Of a stretch of DNA of 64,000 nt, positions 61,497-64,000 are shown piece after piece. Source of the DNA: Octopus sinensis. Taxonomy: Eukaryota. Positions within the stretch are counted from its first letter, which is position 1. Each line of letters starts with the position of its first letter. Where the stretch lies: assembly GCF_006345805.1 (NCBI RefSeq), contig NC_043008.1:8494001-8558000 (forward strand), read 5' to 3'. The notes under the pieces are model-generated. The model saw nothing but the letters and a program-made list of their open reading frames with translations, was not told the origin of the DNA and made no database searches. The position numbers and the translations under genes are program-made.

Positions 61497-62373
61497 TTAA
61501 ATATGCATAGATGTATGTATATATATATATATTTTATAATATATATACATAAATATGCATAGATTGATAGATGGATGTATATATACATAATATATATTAT
61601 ATATATTATATATATATATGTATATATATGTATGTATATATATATACATATATATATGCATATATATACATATATATATATATATACATATATATACATA
61701 TATTATACATATAATATATATGCATGTATGTATGTATATATATACATATATATATATATATGCATGTATGTATGTATGTATGTATGTTCTCATGTATGCA
61801 TTGTTTTAGTCTTTTATTCGTACGTAGCATTGACATAGTTCTCCTCCAGCTGCCAGTTTGTCATACGACAATACAGGTAAATTAGTACAAGGGTGTTTAT
61901 ACTAATGGAAACTAATTTGACTGTATGTTATTAGTTGTTTGCATGTGCGATTTGGGAGGTGTAGTTGAAGAATGGAACTCTAAAAAAAATTATGACCAAA
62001 TCATTGAAGAATTAGGAATTATCATTATTAGATGCTAGAAGTGTCAGAACATATACATAATGATCGCAGAAATATGTGCACATATTTGAAATTCACAAAT
62101 GCAATTACTACAGACAGTCGCGCAAATTGCCATGTTGTTACGGTTATGTGGTAATTCTTTAATAATTTTTGTATATTTCCTTCTTTCAGCCTTCAAAATA
62201 CTCCCACAATCTCGCTTATTCAAAATTTAATGAAAACCTTCTTTCCGTGAATTTAGTTTTCCTTAATCACCATATAAACTAACTGTAAAGAATTCCAGTT
62301 TATCGAACAATACATGTGTGCATGTGGTTACATGTCTGAGAGTGTGTGTGTGTTTATATAAAAGTATGACTAA

Positions 62374-62603
62374 GGCGGCGAGCTGGCAGAAACGTTAGCA
62401 CGCCGGACGAAATGCTTAGCGGTATTTCGTCTACCGTTACGTTCTGAGTTCAAATTCCGCCGAGGTCGGTTTGCCTTTCATCCTTTCGGGGTCGATAAAT
62501 TAAGTACAAGTTACGCAATGGGGTCGATGTAATCGACTTAATCCGTTTGTCTGTCCTTGTTTGTCCCCTCTATGTTTAGCCCCTTGTGGGTAGTAAAGAA
62601 ATA
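62374..62603 (+). mobile_element. SINE family A, full length
   Basis: Intact head and tail; perfect 16-bp TSD ATATAAAAGTATGACT (62356-62371 and 62605-62620). Confidence 0.93.
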
Positions 62604-63414
62604 TATATAAAAGTATGACTGCATGCGCTCAGCACACCACAATTAATTTAGGTTTCGGTTCTTACTTTTAATCGCGTTAAACTCCCACCGTTGCGTATTT
62701 ACACGGATCCTGCACAGTCTGATGTGGACTATAACGTAATAGAGGGCTACGTTAATAATAAAAGGAAAAAAAAAATGGGCTTGAAACTGGAACTCCTTTA
62801 TTTCATCTGTTACATGTGTATCAACATTCTGTAGCACAGGATGCCACGCGGTAGATACAACCCATAAATGTACAATAATGTGGCAATATGAATAAGCAAA
62901 CATATCTTCAGACAGAAACTAGAAATATAACTGAAACATGTAGTACCGGAACTTGAATACTGAGCAGGCGTAGATAGGGTAGGAACGTGGAAGGGGAGAG
63001 GAGTATGATCACGGCCCTGCATCTATAAAGGTGGAATAGTGTTAATAAGAATAGGTTTGAATCGCTGACCACGTAAACAGGCAGCACTTGTGAGGCCTTA
63101 CGACAGAGGAGAGAGGATAAGGGCGTGTATACAAAAACAATTGCTGATGAAATAGGTCAAGGCAATTTGGGTGTTAAGAGAACAAACGCTGGTAAGGTCT
63201 GTGGCGTCTCTATCGATACACGTAACTGGTCGGTCACATACCAACACACACACAAGGAAAAGAGTACTGATACAAATTTAAGATGCTTACGCTTAGAGAT
63301 ATACCCCAACACTCAGATATATACCTATCTACATACACACAGATACATGCACCTACATATACATACATACATACATACATACATAATATAATATTATATT
63401 ATAGATATATAATA

Positions 63415-63453
<39 letters not shown>

Positions 63454-63530
63454 GTATATATTATATATAGATATATATATATATATGATATATCTATATC
63501 TATATATATATATATATATAGTATATATAT

Positions 63531-63561
<31 letters not shown>

Positions 63562-63562
<1 letters not shown>

Positions 63563-63900
63563 GAGGCGCAATGACCCCAGTGTGTTAAGGCAACGGACTC
63601 GCGGTCGTAGGATCGCGGTCGTAGGATCGCGGTCGTAGGATCGCGGTTTCGATTCCGAGACCGGGCGTTGTGTGTGTGTTTATTGGGCGAAAACACCTAA
63701 AAGCTCCACAAGGCTCCGGCAGGGGGTGGTGATCCCTGCTGTACTCCTTCACCACACTTTCTCACACTCTTTCCTCTGTTGGCCTGCTCGCTTAGCCAGC
63801 GGGGTGGCGTCATTCGAAGCCTAAAACAATGCGAACGCATGTGACCAGCGATATGTAACTACATCTGATGGACTGGTCAGTCACGTGATCACGTGATATA
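63562..63900 (+). mobile_element. SINE family C (tail type 1) with internal 14-bp triplication
   Basis: Head matches the copy at 17014; tail matches the copy at 13243. Confidence 0.88.
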
Positions 63901-64000
63901 TATATGTATACATGCACCTACATATACATACATACACACATATATATATATATATATATATAATGTGAAGTATCTTTGCCATCTGAATATGGCTAACCAC

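Overview
AT-rich eukaryotic DNA, very probably from an octopus (coleoid cephalopod). This is inferred from SINE families I recall from Octopus genomes and is not verified by a search. The window is dominated by microsatellites and about 30 SINE copies of four tRNA-derived families (called A-D here). It also holds decayed LINEs (L1/Tx1-like, RTE, R4/Dong-like), a broken Tc1 transposon, MITE-like inverted repeats and a tRNA-Glu pseudogene. Almost all ORFs in the supplied track are microsatellite or SINE artefacts. No known host gene is recognisable. Best leads: (1) a ~110-nt 28S rRNA fragment inserted by microhomology into the Tc1 transposase, whose removal restores the frame exactly; (2) a candidate two-exon gene for a small secreted peptide (28.6-30.9 kb); (3) signs of RNA- or cDNA-level chimera formation before retroposition, namely SINE dimers/trimers with one fixed junction inside a single TSD pair, a SINE heterodimer and a pre-tRNA-Glu/SINE-tail fusion; (4) a ~545-bp tandem array with an inverted arm; (5) a SINE-mediated 1.4-kb tandem duplication with a chimeric central SINE. 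All alignments were done by eye, so element ends are approximate.
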